DNA from: the human T2T-CHM13v2.0 reference genome, Homo sapiens
Reading direction: 5' to 3' (one strand)
Assembly (NCBI RefSeq): GCF_009914755.1
Contig: NC_060940.1
DNA length: 64,000 nucleotides
Position 1 is the stretch's first letter; each line of letters opens with the position of its first letter. Below are positions 40,826 to 54,806 of this stretch, in pieces. The notes under the pieces are model-generated. The model searched no databases. It saw nothing but the letters and a program-made list of their open reading frames with translations, and was not told the origin of the DNA. The translations under genes were made by a program, and so were the position numbers.

Positions 40826-43644
40826 CAGCCTCTTCAGATGCTGCCTTCAGGGAGCAGTGAAAGAGGGAGGGAGAGACAGAGAGCACCCGGGCGGGTCTCC
40901 CAGCCACACCAGGCTGATGGGTGGGATTTATGTGCCAGGTACTGTGCTGGCTATCACTGGGGCCTGGTGGTCTCTTGGAGTCACAAGCAGCCGCCTGAGA
41001 TGAGGTTTATCATTTTGAGCTAGAATAGGACTGAAGCTCATTCCCGAGGGGCTGGCCGGGCCGGCTCTCCCTGCCTGCCGGCATCTCCACTGCCTCTGCT
41101 GTCCTGAAGCTCTTATGAGGGTTCACATTACTAGGACGCCAATGTGGGTTCTCCTCTGGGCACTGGCCCCAAGGCACCCCAACCTCAGACATGTCACCTC
41201 CTGGGCCTACTAGAAATGGAGACTGCAGTTCTATGATGGGAAAATCTCTACACCATCGGTCATTTGGGCTATAGAAGAAAAAGAAATTATTTTCAGCTGC
41301 AGCTTCGTTTTTGGAATCTTGGCAAAAAAGTTAACAGTGGAGGGGGAAGGAGGCTGGGCACCCTGCCACGAGGCTGGTTCTTGTGGTCCTGGGCACCATC
41401 CGGTCACTTTAAAGTAGCAGGTGTCCCCGATGGTACACGCGTGCCTTGTCAGGGTGCACTGTCGGCCGCCTGCTCGCGGTTGGGACACACATGAGGGCTG
41501 TGAGAACCCGGGGGTGGTGGCCAAGTGACTCCACAGTGGCCCAGTTGCGGTCTCTTCACTTGCTGGACGGTGGCTCAGCCTGACAGGTTTCACAGGTATC
41601 CACGGGTCTGAGTCCAGAGCTGCCCCACACAGATGGCCCCTCCCCAGGTCCTGCGTCAGCCAGCGAGAGGTTCCTGCCCAGACCTCAGGTGACCCCAGCT
41701 CCGGTCACTTCTGCCCAAAGGCAAATGAGCTTTTCCTAAAGTCCAAACCCAGTGGTCCCCACAAATCTGAGCAAAGCTGGAAACCCTTGTTCGTTCTGTG
41801 GTGCACAGGACGGGCAACTCTGCGGCTGAAATTGCTGTTTTCAGCTACTGTCAGCTGAGCCTTGCCTGGAGCCTCAAACCGCATTGAGGGCTTTCTGTGC
41901 TTTGCCTCCCAGAATCCTGGCTGTGGCCTCATGAAACAGGTGCTGTTAAAATCAGCTGCATTGGAAACAGCCGAGTCAGGCAACGACGGCACAGAGAGGT
42001 TAGACAACTTGTGGAAAATCACGCAGCACCGGTGCCTCCACATTCACACTCCGCCCCTCCGTGTCCTGCAATCCTGACCAGCCCCACGTTCCCCAGGACA
42101 AGCCGCCAGCATCCCGGAAGGGGTTAATCCCTCTCTGGTGGGTCAGCTCCTGCCACTCTCCCGAGTGCTTTTGCACATGGTCTGGTCGCAATGTGCCCAA
42201 GACGGCCCTGTGCTGGGGAGGAAAGCGCTTACATAATCCTCCCCGAGTGTCTTCTCTGTCAGGCGGCATGCACACCCCACTTGGGTTGCAACACAGGCAA
42301 GCAGATGCCAGGAAATTCTGAGGCTGCTGCTGAGCCTGGGCTGGGTGAGGCCCAGAACTGAGACCCCCTCACCTGTGTGGGCCCTTGGCTTCCTCTGTGC
42401 CCCTCCTGAGCGGGGTCCCTGGCACAGACTCTTGTTCAGACCGTGCAAGGTAGGTGCGTGGTCAGGAGCCCACGGCTCAGGACAGAAGCCATTTGGGGAA
42501 CCAGCGGGACCTCCAGCGGCTTGGAGGAGGCTGAGTGGGAAGCACGTTCCTACCCAGGCTGAGCACTTCACACAGGGGGCTGGGCCAGAGGGAGAGCTGC
42601 CTGCCCCGGAGACCCCTACCTGCCTTCCTGTGCTGGCACAGCCATGCCCAGCCTCCGCTGGACAGCTTGGACTGAGGTTTCCTTGTGGTGGCCCCTCCCC
42701 AGAGTGTCTCCCGGGGGCACAGGCCCTGGCGGCATGCACGTCACCCGGGGGGCTTTTAACAGAGACCAGCAACCCTCCCACAGAGGACTGGGGAGCCGGC
42801 CCGTGGCTGGCGTGGGGGAGGCAGGCACTACCCAGCCATGCCGGGTGGACAGGCATTTTCCACAGCTCGGGAAACGGAGCCGGGCCAGGAAGGTTGGAGC
42901 TCAGCTCTTGGGTGAGAGCCGCGGAGCCCTGGCTGAGCCTCACCTGCGCTCGGAGCCCGTTTCCTTTTCTGTCAAATTCACAATGGGATCTGGCCCTTGA
43001 CTCCACCCCAGCAGCACCAAAGACACCGCCCTGCACTCATTACATTTCCTCCCAGCCCGCGGGGGGTCGGGGGGGGTGGTGGGGGTGAGGGTGGGCGCAG
43101 GCACTGCCTGGCAGGGGAGTGAAAGGAAGGGCCGCGCCGCCCAGGCCTGGGCCCCTCCCCAGCATGTCTCCTCCCCCACCTGCCGCCTCAGAGGGTGGAC
43201 ACCCGGCAGGGCCTGGCGAGGGGCGGCAGGGCGGGTTGTGTGCCTGGGGCTGGGGGATGAGTGTTGGGGTCTGCCGGCGCTGACAGTGGGGTGAGGACCG
43301 TGTCCCCTGGATTCCCTCCACCCCCGGGCCCTCTTGCCTGGCGGGGACAGCCAGGAGAGAGACTGAGCATTCTCCGTGTCCTGAGGCTCTTCTTGAAACG
43401 GTCCCCAGGATCCTGTGAGCAGGAGCCGCGCAAGGCCTGGATCAGCCTTGATCTCGTCTTGAACTCCCTGACTTCTTGCACAGGAAGGTGCTGGGCGCCG
43501 AGTCCTCACTGCGGGTGAAGGACCCAGAGGAGAGGAGTGAGCCGAGGCCGCCTGCCCATGGCCAGGGGGTCTGAGTTGGGACACGTTTTCTATTTGGTGG
43601 CCTCAGACCCTGCTGGCTGCCAACCCTTGGAATAAGCAACAGGG

Positions 43645-43750
43645 CGCCTTGGACCCAACAGCCTGGTGGCCATGAGCCCATCTGAATGCCCGGAACTCGC
43701 CTTGGACCCAACGGCCTGGTGGCCACGAGCCCATCTGAATGCCCGGAGCT
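43645..43750. repeat. Tandem duplication, 53-bp unit x2
   Basis: CGCCTTGGACCCAAC.GCCTGGTGGCCA.GAGCCCATCTGAATGCCCGGA.CT twice. Confidence 0.9.
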
Positions 43751-44723
43751 GGGGAGCTGGGACCAGGTGGTGGGAACTATGCTTGCCTCCCGGCCAGGCC
43801 GCCTGTCATGGGAAATGGGCCACCGGAGCCCCTGCCCAGCAGTTGGCTGCCCCCCAGGGCTGCTCCGGCCAAGCTTCTCCAGAGGTCACGCACTCCACCA
43901 CATCCTCCCACCCCACTGGGCCAGCCCTGCTAGAGGAGGGGGTGCCCCCACAGAGTCTGCCCCCGCCGCTGCCGGCGAGGACCTCCGGGTGTGACCACAC
44001 AGGGCCCGGGCTCCCATCCAGGCCGAGTGGGCGCAGGGCACGGCTTCTCCGTGGAGTCCCAGGCCCTACGCCTCCAGGCGCCAGGCGTGCCTGAGTGAGG
44101 GCCTCATCCTGGAGGACGGGGAGGGGTGCAGGAGGCAGCTCAGGAATCCCTCAGGGCGCCCCAGGCCAGGCTGATCACAGCAGAGCGGCCTTAGCAAAGC
44201 TTCCAGCTTCCCCCAGCCTTTGCCGCACGTCTGCAATGGGGACTTTTCAAAGCTGATCTCGGTGCAGTGGGCGTAGCTGATTCCGGCCCCGGGCTGCGGA
44301 GCCAGGAAGGAAAGCCTGCGTCTGCTTTTTGCTGGAGTTTAGCACAGATGGCAATCCTGTGCCGCCATGAATTAAGTGGGTTTCAACCCAGTGCTGCTCT
44401 CTCCAGCCAGGGCCAGGCTCCTAGAGGGGCTCACAGGGCTCCCAAGCTGGACTCCCTGCCCCAGCTCCTTCCTCTTCCCCGGCTCCCAGCAGAGCGGGGC
44501 TGTCATTTCACCAAGCAGCCATGGGGGTGGGGGCCAGAGCCTTGTGGGCTCATGGGTGTGGGGGGAGTGAGGTGGGTCCCTGCCCGTGGGGGAATGTGGG
44601 GGCCCAGCGGTGCTGGAACAGGAGTGATTCTGCCCCCAAGCAGGAAACACAAATCAATATGTGAATGTTTGGGGTTGTTGCAACTGGGGAGGGGGCGATA
44701 CTGGCAATTAGGGGGTGTAAATC

Positions 44724-44798
44724 AGAGGGAAGAGGGAGGGAGGGAGAAAGAAGGGAGAGAGGAAGGAGGGAGGGAGGGAGGAAGGAGGAGAAGAAGGT
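44724..44798. repeat. Polypurine (GGA/GGGA) tract
   Basis: About 75 nt made only of A and G. Confidence 0.9.
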
Positions 44799-46530
44799 GC
44801 CCAAGCCCCCATTCCCCAGGAGAGGTAGTGCCCAGGACTATGGTGCCCTTTGCAGGGCCGACCTCCCATCTCCATGGCGTCACTCTCTTTCCTTCTCGGG
44901 GACTTGGGGTGACCATGAGCCGTACTATCGAAGTACTTACTGTGGAAGGTGGAAGAGCTGAGGAGGGCGCCCGACAGGATCCCCCAGGACACCCTGGCCC
45001 ATTCGGCACCATTCGAATGCATGAGATCGCAGGCCCTGTGCCGGTGCCCGGGGCATGAGGGGCCTGCCCGTCCTGCAGGGTGCTGCTCAGATGCCTCGAC
45101 CCTGGGAGGCCCCTCCTGGCCATTCTTGCAGGCCTGCCCCAGCCTGTGCCTTCTGCTGGGGCAGGGCCTCAGGCAGCAGTGGACAGTGGCCAGGAGGGCG
45201 CCGCTCAGGTTGGGAGAGGCCCGTGGGGGATCAGCCTCCCCGGATCCCGGGGTGGGGCCTAGTTACACACAGAGATAATGCAGACTCAGGCAGTGCGCAG
45301 GCAAGGCCGGAGTGCCGAGTATGGTACAGGAAACGCAGTGTGCGCAGCTGCGCTGCACCGTGGTCCACACAGCCAGGCTCTTTGGTGTGTTTCCTGCACA
45401 CAAGGACATTCACAAGCCCTCAGCATCGTCAGAATCAGGGAGTGGACAGGTCCCTGCAAGGCCCCACTGCAGCCTGACCACTGTCCCCACGAGGTTCTGA
45501 GAGCGGAGTCTGATGGTGTCACGCCCTTCCCCAAGCCGCCGTCTCTCCTCCATCTCTGTCAGCCTGTGCAGGCTCCTGGCCCCTCCGTGCTGTGGGCACT
45601 CGGACTGCTTTGCCTCTGGATTCCTGGTGATGAGATCCTGGGTGGGCGGGGATAGCAGGGGGTGAGGCTGCGCTTCTGCAGGTGTCCTGGCGGCGGGTGT
45701 AAAATCTCACCCTGGGCGGTCTCTGGTGACGTGAACGCTGACGGTTTAATTGATGCCGTGTCTGCAGCCTCCCCTGCAACGCTGTCCTTTCTCTCTATTA
45801 TGATTAATCCGTGTTCTGTGGGGCGTCCTTTAAAGCCATGGGGACATCCACGCGCACCAGGCTTCCAGCTGCTTGTCTGAGCCTGAGCTGTGGGGCCGCT
45901 TGTGCCCCAGGCCATCTCCTGGCACTGTCAGCTCCCACCATCCCCCCACAACCCTCCCCATCAAGCAGGCTCCTGAGTGCTCGGGCACGGCCTCGTAGCC
46001 CTGGAGGGTCGCGATCTCCTACAAGCCTCTGGTGTTTTCCCTGCCCAGGCTGGAGCTGGCCAATTCTCCCAGGAGTCCTGGCCACTTTGAATGGAACACG
46101 GTACTGAGAAGCCGAGGTCTGGGTGCTCGGGATGCTCATGCCCATGGAGGCCGGGACGTCAAGGGGCTTCCAACTCCAGCCTCTCATGGGATGGTACAGC
46201 GGCCTGGGCAGGGGCGGAGCTGAGAACAGAATTTCACCCCCGAGGTTCTCGGACTGGAGCTCCAGAGGAGCCGCTGCCCAGGGGCACTTACCGTGTCCTT
46301 TATGAAAACAGAAAGTTGAAAACCCCAGATGTCTAACAATGAGCGAATGATTTGGCGAGCTGTGGCTCGGGGTCTGCCATGAATTCTTGGCTCCTGGACT
46401 GTGGACTGGGGGTGGAGGACACCAACAGGAACTCTTAGAGGGAAGCTGGAGGAGGTGGGGGAGACAGAGCTTTGGAAAAAGAGCTTCGACTTTGCTCTTG
46501 GGTGGAGGAGACGAGGGGAGGGCACGCAGC

Positions 46531-46772
46531 CAGGGACCACGGGCCGCAATGCTCCCTCCTTCCCAGGGTCCACGGGCGGCAATGCTGCCTCCTTCCCCGC
46601 GTCCACGGGCGGCAATGCTCCCTCCTTCTCAGGGTCCACGGGCGGCTGGTGCTTTTTCCTTGCCGGCGTCCACAGGCAGCAATGCTCCTTCCTTCTCAGG
46701 GTCCACAGGCAGCAACACTCCCTCCTTCCTGGCATCCAGGGCGGTCGGTGCTCCCTGCTTTCCAGGGTTCCA
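46531..46772. repeat. Minisatellite, ~33-bp unit, about 7 diverged copies
   Basis: CAATGCTCCCTCCTTCCCAGGGTCCACGGGCGG; 11-aa periodicity in the ORF track (QGPRAAMLPPS). Confidence 0.9.
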
Positions 46773-47051
46773 GGGGAAGTCCCACCCCCTGAATCTTGGG
46801 AGCTGGGGAAGAGGTGGGACCCTCGAGGACAGGCCGTAGCCCTCATAGCCAGCCACCCCTAAGGGAGCATAGCTGCTCCACACGGCGGAATTCTCTCCGC
46901 ACAGACAGCGCAGCCCTGACGCCTCCAGACACCCCTTCTTGCCGATGCCCTTTTCTAGCTTGATCTTGATGGTTCCTAGAGCCTGGGGGTCAAGTGTTCC
47001 CTGGCTCGCTTCCTGTAACATCAACTGGAACTTTTCAATGTGGTCTAAAAA

Positions 47052-47147
47052 TAATCCCACCAGCACTTTGGGAGGCCAAGGCAGGAGGATCGCTTGAGGT
47101 CAGAAGTTCGAGTCCAGCCCAGGCCACGTAGCAAAACCTCACCTCTA

Positions 47148-47180
<33 letters not shown>

Positions 47181-47317
47181 CAGCTGTGTGTGGTGGCTCA
47201 CGCCTGGAGTCCTCGGAAAGCTAAGGCAGGAGGATCACTTGAGCCCAGGAAGTGGACACTGCAGTAAGCTACGATAGCAACATTGCACTCCAGCCTGGTG
47301 GACAGAGCAGACTCTGT

Positions 47318-47360
<43 letters not shown>
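47052..47360 (+). mobile_element. AluJ, 5'-truncated, long A linker, tail replaced by a (CAT)13 microsatellite
   Basis: GGAGGATCACTTGAGCCCAGG; (CAT)n at 47321-47360. Confidence 0.88.
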
Positions 47361-47854
47361 TCTCAAGCATCAATAAGACCTTATTCTATAATGATGATGG
47401 TCACACAACTCTGAATAAAGACTAGTGAATTGTGCACTTCACATAGGTGAAATGTATAGTATATTAATTATATCCAAGAAAGCTGTTTATTTCTAAAGGG
47501 ATTTATCATTCTAATAACAAAAATAAATGATAATAGTGTGACTCTTTGGCACTTTCATTTTTTTTTTTTTTCTGTTTGCTCCTTTGATCATCCAGCACAT
47601 GGGTGGGAGAAGGCTGGGTTTCACTATCATCTCTGCCTTGCCAGTGGATGAAGCCCAAACCCCAGGTGGGAAGTGCTGGGGTGGAGACTTCAATCCAGGG
47701 ACTCTGCCCAGGGCCTGTCCCATGTTTTCATGTCAGCTGGCATTTCGTCATCTTAGCCTGATCAGTCCTGTCTAAACTGGTCATTCTTGGGTTGAATCAT
47801 TGGAATCCCTTTGGCCCTGTCACCGAATCCCCCTCTGGGACAATGCTGAGACAG

Positions 47855-49240
<1,386 letters not shown>

Positions 49241-49699
49241 CATATAAAAGACCTGCACAGAATTCCTATGGAAGTGGGGATGCACCATGGATTTGGACCA
49301 GGGACAGACAATATCATCTGTTTTTCCTCCCTGAAACCCTTCTTAATGATCCTGGAGTCAGGGCACTCCTATCAGAATCAATGACCTGCTTTGGGTTTTA
49401 ATTCTAACCAGCACTGGCGTGTCCCCTCCAACATGCAAGGTATGAGAAGGACTTGCTTTTGGTTACTTAAACATGCCAGGCCATCTGACACCCTCACTAA
49501 TGACAACCACTTTGCAATCTCACTGATTCTCACTTGGGTGGCCAGTGTTTGACTGGTGACTCTTCTAAAAAGTTGGACATGCCGTTACCCAGGGGTATCC
49601 TCCGTGTCTGCCCCGTGGAGGAAATGCTTTGTCCAAAATGCCTAATCAGAGTCCTAGAGCCAAACCAGGGTGTCAGCCTTGGCTGAGCCCTGGAGACAC

Positions 49700-49920
49700 C
49701 TGGGAGCTCTGAACATGCAGCTGCCCACCCCACCCCACCCCGGGAGCTGCTGGGAGCTGGAGAAGGTGGGAAGAGGCCTCCCCAGGGCCCTCAGAGGGTG
49801 CACAGCCCTGGAACAACTGGCTCTCAGACTCAGCCTCCAGCGAGGGAGAGGGTGAATTTCTGTCACATGGACCCCCCGGTTTGTGGCACTTTGCTGCAGC
49901 AGCCCCAGCACACGGATGTA
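49700..49920 (+). mobile_element. MLT1 LTR 3' fragment
   Basis: GAGCTGGAGAAGG..CCCTCAGAGGG..GAATTTCTGT..GGTTTGTGGCACTTTGCTGCAGCAGCCCCAG. Confidence 0.6.
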
Positions 49921-50640
49921 AAGTGGGTCCGGCATCAGCCCCACAGCCCTTTGTTCCTGCTTCATGGCCCCCAGGAGAGACACCCTGAGCTCCCACTCTC
50001 CCACACACACTCGAGGCTGAAAACGCAGGATTTTTATGCCCAGACCTGCTGTTTCTTTCAGTTGTAACTTTTATCTTATGAAAACATTTCTGACCTACTC
50101 GAAGGTAGAAGGGCAGGACTCATCACTTCTGCCTCCTCTTTCTGCCCAAGGATAGAAAGAATAAAAGCCAGCCACGTGGTCCCTACAGGAGGACGCCATG
50201 TGGTCACTGCTGTCACCAAGAGACTGCACAGGCCCAGCTGCGCATGGGCGCCCTGAGTGTTAACTGGGCTCACCCATGTCCTCACTTTGATGGTGACACA
50301 CAGAGGCATCTGCCTGTTAAGCAGGTGGTCCTCCGGGGTCCCCTGAGAGCACAGCCAGGGAACCGGATGCCCACATTTCCTCACTCTCCTCCCATCTTCC
50401 CTCCCTCATCTTTCTCCATGCGCTTGAGTGCTTGCTCTGAAATCCAACCTTTAGTGACAATAAAGGAATGAAAAAGAATTCCCTCCACTTAAAGTGGACA
50501 GCAAGCCCCTCAATTCCTCTAGGACCCTCTGTCCTTGGTGTAAGTTTGTAAGAAACTTCCAGGAAACGTTGCTTCTATCTTATGTAGATACTTCTGCACA
50601 AATGACAGATGTCCACAGGATGTCCAAAGGATGACAGGGG

Positions 50641-50851
50641 ACTCTCCCTGCTGCCCAAAGACATCCTGGCTTCCCTGAGGGTGATGGACCCGCCCAGCTC
50701 TCCACTGCCTAGACCCTCCGGCTTTCCTGAGGGTGATGGAGCTGCCCAGCTCCCTGCTGCCCAAAGACCCCCCAGCTTTCCTGAGGGCGATGGAGCTGCC
50801 CAGCTCCCCGCTAGATGCCCTGGCTTTCCTGAGGGTGATGGGGCCCTGCCC
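50641..50851. repeat. Minisatellite, ~52-bp unit x4
   Basis: GCTT(T/C)CCTGAGGG(T/C)GATGG core recurs four times. Confidence 0.88.
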
Positions 50852-51257
50852 GAGGACAGCTGCTTTTGTGCCAACTTTCGATATTTCATCTGAGCCGCCA
50901 GAGGCTCTAGAAATTGGAATCTACCAATGTCGACCAACACTGGGAGCAGCGTCCTGAGCCCCGAGACAACGTGATCACCCAGAGATCTCTCTTCCCCACC
51001 CCACCTTCTTCCTGAGCCATGCACAGAGAGGGTAGACGTTGAACAATGATTAGAAGCAACCCCAGGGTCCCTCCATGGGGTCGAGACCAGGTGACGATGT
51101 GCGCCAGGCGCGTTCTCGGAAATGCTGGAGGAATAGGGCCGTCTGGACACGTTGAGAGGTGGGTGGTTCCAGCTCAAACTTCAGGGGGCGCACCGCGGGT
51201 CGGGGTGAAAATGGCACTTCTATCTCTAGAGTTCCCCCAGTGGCCAAAAGGTGGACT

Positions 51258-51662
51258 CAACCCAGATGTCCTTGGGTGGACTGATGCCTGCTTACCCAAC
51301 ATGTGGTCTCTCCCCACCGAGGAGTACGACTCAGCCATAGAGGAATGAGGGCCTCACCCATGCTGCGGTGTGGGCCAGCCTGGAGAACGTCATGGAAGCA
51401 GAAGGAGCCAGATGGGAGGACCACACATGGCCAGCTGCATCCCTGTGACATGGCAGAGCAGGTGGGTCTGTGGAGACGGGGGCCCTGGGTGGTTGTCCGG
51501 GGCTGGAGGGGATGGGCAGTCACTGGGTGGCCTTTGGGGATGATGAAAACGCTTTGGAAGTAAACAGAGGGCATAGTACAGCATGCGCCTCATGCCACCT
51601 ACAGTGTCATACTTTAAAACATTAATTTGATGTGCAGTGAGTTTCACCTCAATTTAAAAAAC
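51258..51662 (+). mobile_element. L1MB-type 3' end, diverged
   Basis: AACCCAGATGTCC, ACTCAGCCATA, GGGATGATGAAAACG, ACTTTAAAA..GTGAGTTTCACCTCAATTTAAAAAA. Confidence 0.7.
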
Positions 51663-54498
51663 AGGAAGAGAAGTACCAGAGGATGAGAATTGTTTACTCC
51701 CTGTGTGCTCTGTGCATGTGAGATGAATGTCACACTCCACACACACTTGCAGACTCCCAGCCGGGTGCCGTTCTTGCCCTTCTGGGGTTGACGACCTGTA
51801 CAAAGCCCCCAAAAGAATGGGATGGTGTCCCGGCAGCCTGGGGCTTCGAAGGGGGAGGGCGTCGCCCGGGTGGACCCTGCCCCACCCACATGTTCTCGAG
51901 GTCAGACCCCTCACTTAGGGGTGGCCGAGGGTGCACCAACTGGCAGCCTGGGTCTCTGTGTTCCGACCACAGCGCTGGGGCCCTTTCTAGAAGCTTCCTG
52001 GAAGCGAGAGCCAGTTTTTGTGTAGGCGCGGGGAACGCAGTCCAGAGGCCCCGTAAGGACGGGCACATCTCCCTCCCGTTGCCTCAGTGGCTGCACCTGC
52101 TTCAGGGTAGCAAAGGGGGCTGCTGGAGTGCTCGGGCTGTGGGAGGTGCCCGTCAGAAGGCGAGCGTGAAAACAGCAGTGTGTGTGGAAGCAATGGAAGG
52201 GGGGTCTGGGGAAAATGAGGGGGCGGTCAGGACGGGCTTCTGAAACAGTTTTTAAATGTCTGTTTTCTGATTATAAAGGCAATGTATGCTCATTGTAGCA
52301 AACTGCAAAAATACAGGAAAGTAGAAAGTGGGAAAAGGTGCTGCGAATCTGCCGTCCAGACCTAACCGAGAAGGCATGGCATGTTGCCGCCCTCAGGGCA
52401 TGTGCCGATGGCTCCTCCTGGGCCCACGCCTCCTCCTGCGCCCACCCTCACATCTCCCCATCTGGCATGAAGCCTCTCAGTAGCTATTTGTGGGCTAAAT
52501 TTTGGCCATGATTAAATTCCTGTGACTCGGCTTCCCTGGAAGCTCATAAGAGCCCAGGACGCCTTAAGTGGATGGAACGGCGACTCGGGGCTCAGGGGAA
52601 GGCAGGCAGAATCACTGATGCACCTGCACTCCACCTGGCAGTAGCCTGCCTCAGTGGCAGCAGCTCAGTTTTGGGTGCTGTTTATCTCCTACGAACGAGG
52701 AAACCAGGGCTCTGAAAGCACCAAGGCTGGCTAAGGGTCCCCACAGGGAATTGAGGAGTGGGCTGGAATTCCCCCCCAACCAGTGCCCCTTGCTGAGCCT
52801 GGAGTGGGGTCTGAGTGTTAAAATCTCCAGGGGAACCCCCACTAAGGGTGACCCCCGCAGAGACCGGAGGGCTTGACATCCCGAATTCCTTGGAGCAGGT
52901 GCACCCCTCTGCTGCCTAGGAGGAAAAAAGCCCAGTGGGTTAGGAAACACCCGCTCACCCTTGCAAAGCCGCAGCAGCATCCAGGGTCTTGGCCGCTCGT
53001 TCCAGTTTATGGCGAAAGCCAGGTGAAGCCAGGAACAGACTCTGTGCCTCTGAGGCAGCCGGACGCGGCTGTTGACGCAGAAGGTTGATTTTGTCTGGAT
53101 CTCTCTTGACCAGACAAGGTAGGGTTAAGTGTGTGAAGGGGGAGAAGGGAATGCAGACCGCCTGGAACTTGAAACTTCCCAGCCCAGAGCCAGCCAGTGC
53201 GCAGAGACGCAGCCCCAACGCGCTGCTGCTGCTGCGGACACCTGGGGCGTGGAGCCGGGGCACGGGGCAGCTGTCCCTCTGCAGCCACACACCACAGGGG
53301 ATGGGCGCCGGCAGACACGCCTGCTCGCTCCAGGGTAAGTGCAGTGTGTGGCGTCTGGGGTGGCTCTGGTGTTAAGGAGGTCAGAAGTGAAGTGTTTTCA
53401 CGCAGGCTGGATTCGATGCGATTGGGCCATCCGGATTGACGATGGTGACGATCGCGATGCCTTCAGGCTCGCAACCGAGGGGGTGCACGCAGGGGAACGT
53501 GCCATCCGGGAACATCTTTCAGGCAAAACAAAGCATTTTTCTTTCCAGTTGATGATAGGGAGTGCTGAACCCAATGCCAAGAGCTCAAAGGCGAATTCGT
53601 TTGGTGGGAAGAGTCCGCCTGCATCTTTGATCTGATGTGGTTAGGGGCGTCCTCCCCAATTAATGATTTCTATTAGCTGCTGGCTTTGTCTTCTCTCCTT
53701 TTTGTGGCACGCTCCAGGTGACCGGCTTATCTCTCAGCGCCCGGGTTGGGATATGCTGTGGACAGACTCAATTAGCTAAACATGTTGTTAAACGTGCATC
53801 TCATTACGCTTTTTTTTTTTTTGAGAAAAGAAAAACAAAGTGTGGAGGCAGAAGGGCTGGGTGCCCCGGCCACCGAGGGGCAGGACGAGTTTGGGGCTTG
53901 CAAGTCCACAGCGAATCTGAGGCAGGCACCGTCAATAACAAAGTGCCTTTACGATATTTATAAGAACTAGGCTCTCCTCAATCCTTTCATTTGAACACGT
54001 TTCAGAGCAGACCCCTTCCTGGCACTTCGGTGAGGTGTCTGTTTCCCATTATAAAGCTGGGCCATGAATGAAAGTGACAATCGCAGCTTCCAAACATAAA
54101 CTTCCTGAAACTCCTTTAGAAGGTTCCTCCATGACGTGTAGACATAACCAGAAAGCCGTCACGCTGGGAGGTCGGCCGCGGGTGCGTCTTGGCTCCGTCA
54201 GGATCCTGGTGAGGGTGGCAGGTCAGGATTGTAAACTCCAGGAGGGGACTTAAGCGACGGAACAGGGAAGAAAAGTGGCTGAGCTTAGCGACAGGCCGGC
54301 CTCAGAAGTGACATTCCCCCCCCCACCCCCGCCCCCCGCCCAGTGTCCTTACGCTTTGTGCAGAAATCTGGCGTGATCTAAGATATTGGTGCAGAATTCC
54401 CATGTGCTGGTGATTTATCACACCTTCCAGTGTCCTGAGCAGGAACGGGACAGAGGGCGTCGGTGGCTTTTTGGATAAAAACAGGCAGGGCCATGCCA

Positions 54499-54806
54499 GG
54501 CCAGGCTTGGTGGCTCACGCCTGTAATCCCAGCACTTTGGGAGGCCAAGGCGGGTGGATCACCTGAGGTCAGAAGTTCGTAGAGCAGCCTGGCCAACATG
54601 GTGAAACCCCATCTCTACTTAAAAAATACAAAATTTAGCTGGGTGTGGTGGCAGGCACCTGTAATCCCAGCTACTCAGGAGGCTGAACCTGGGAGGTGGA
54701 GGTTGCAGTGAGCCGAGATTGCACCATTGCACTCCAGCCTGGGGGACAAGAGTGAGACTTCGTCTCAAAAAACAAAACAAAACAAACAAAAACAAACAAA
54801 CAAAAG
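54499..54806 (+). mobile_element. AluS with a right-arm deletion and (CAAA)n tail
   Basis: GGCCAGGCTTGGTGG..GGAGGCTGAACCTGGGAGG (gap)..CGTCTCAAAA. Confidence 0.92.

Noticed and set aside
42143-45058. Long ORFs of 297, 247, 214 and 263 aa
   Set aside because: Pro/Gly/Ala/Arg-rich and overlapping on both strands, as expected in high-GC DNA; non-coding transcription is not excluded
53449-53459. ATCGCGAT (also TCGCGA near 46008) as BANP autoregulatory sites
   Set aside because: Only the core of the TCTCGCGAGA-type BANP motif matches, and neither site is in a CpG-island promoter
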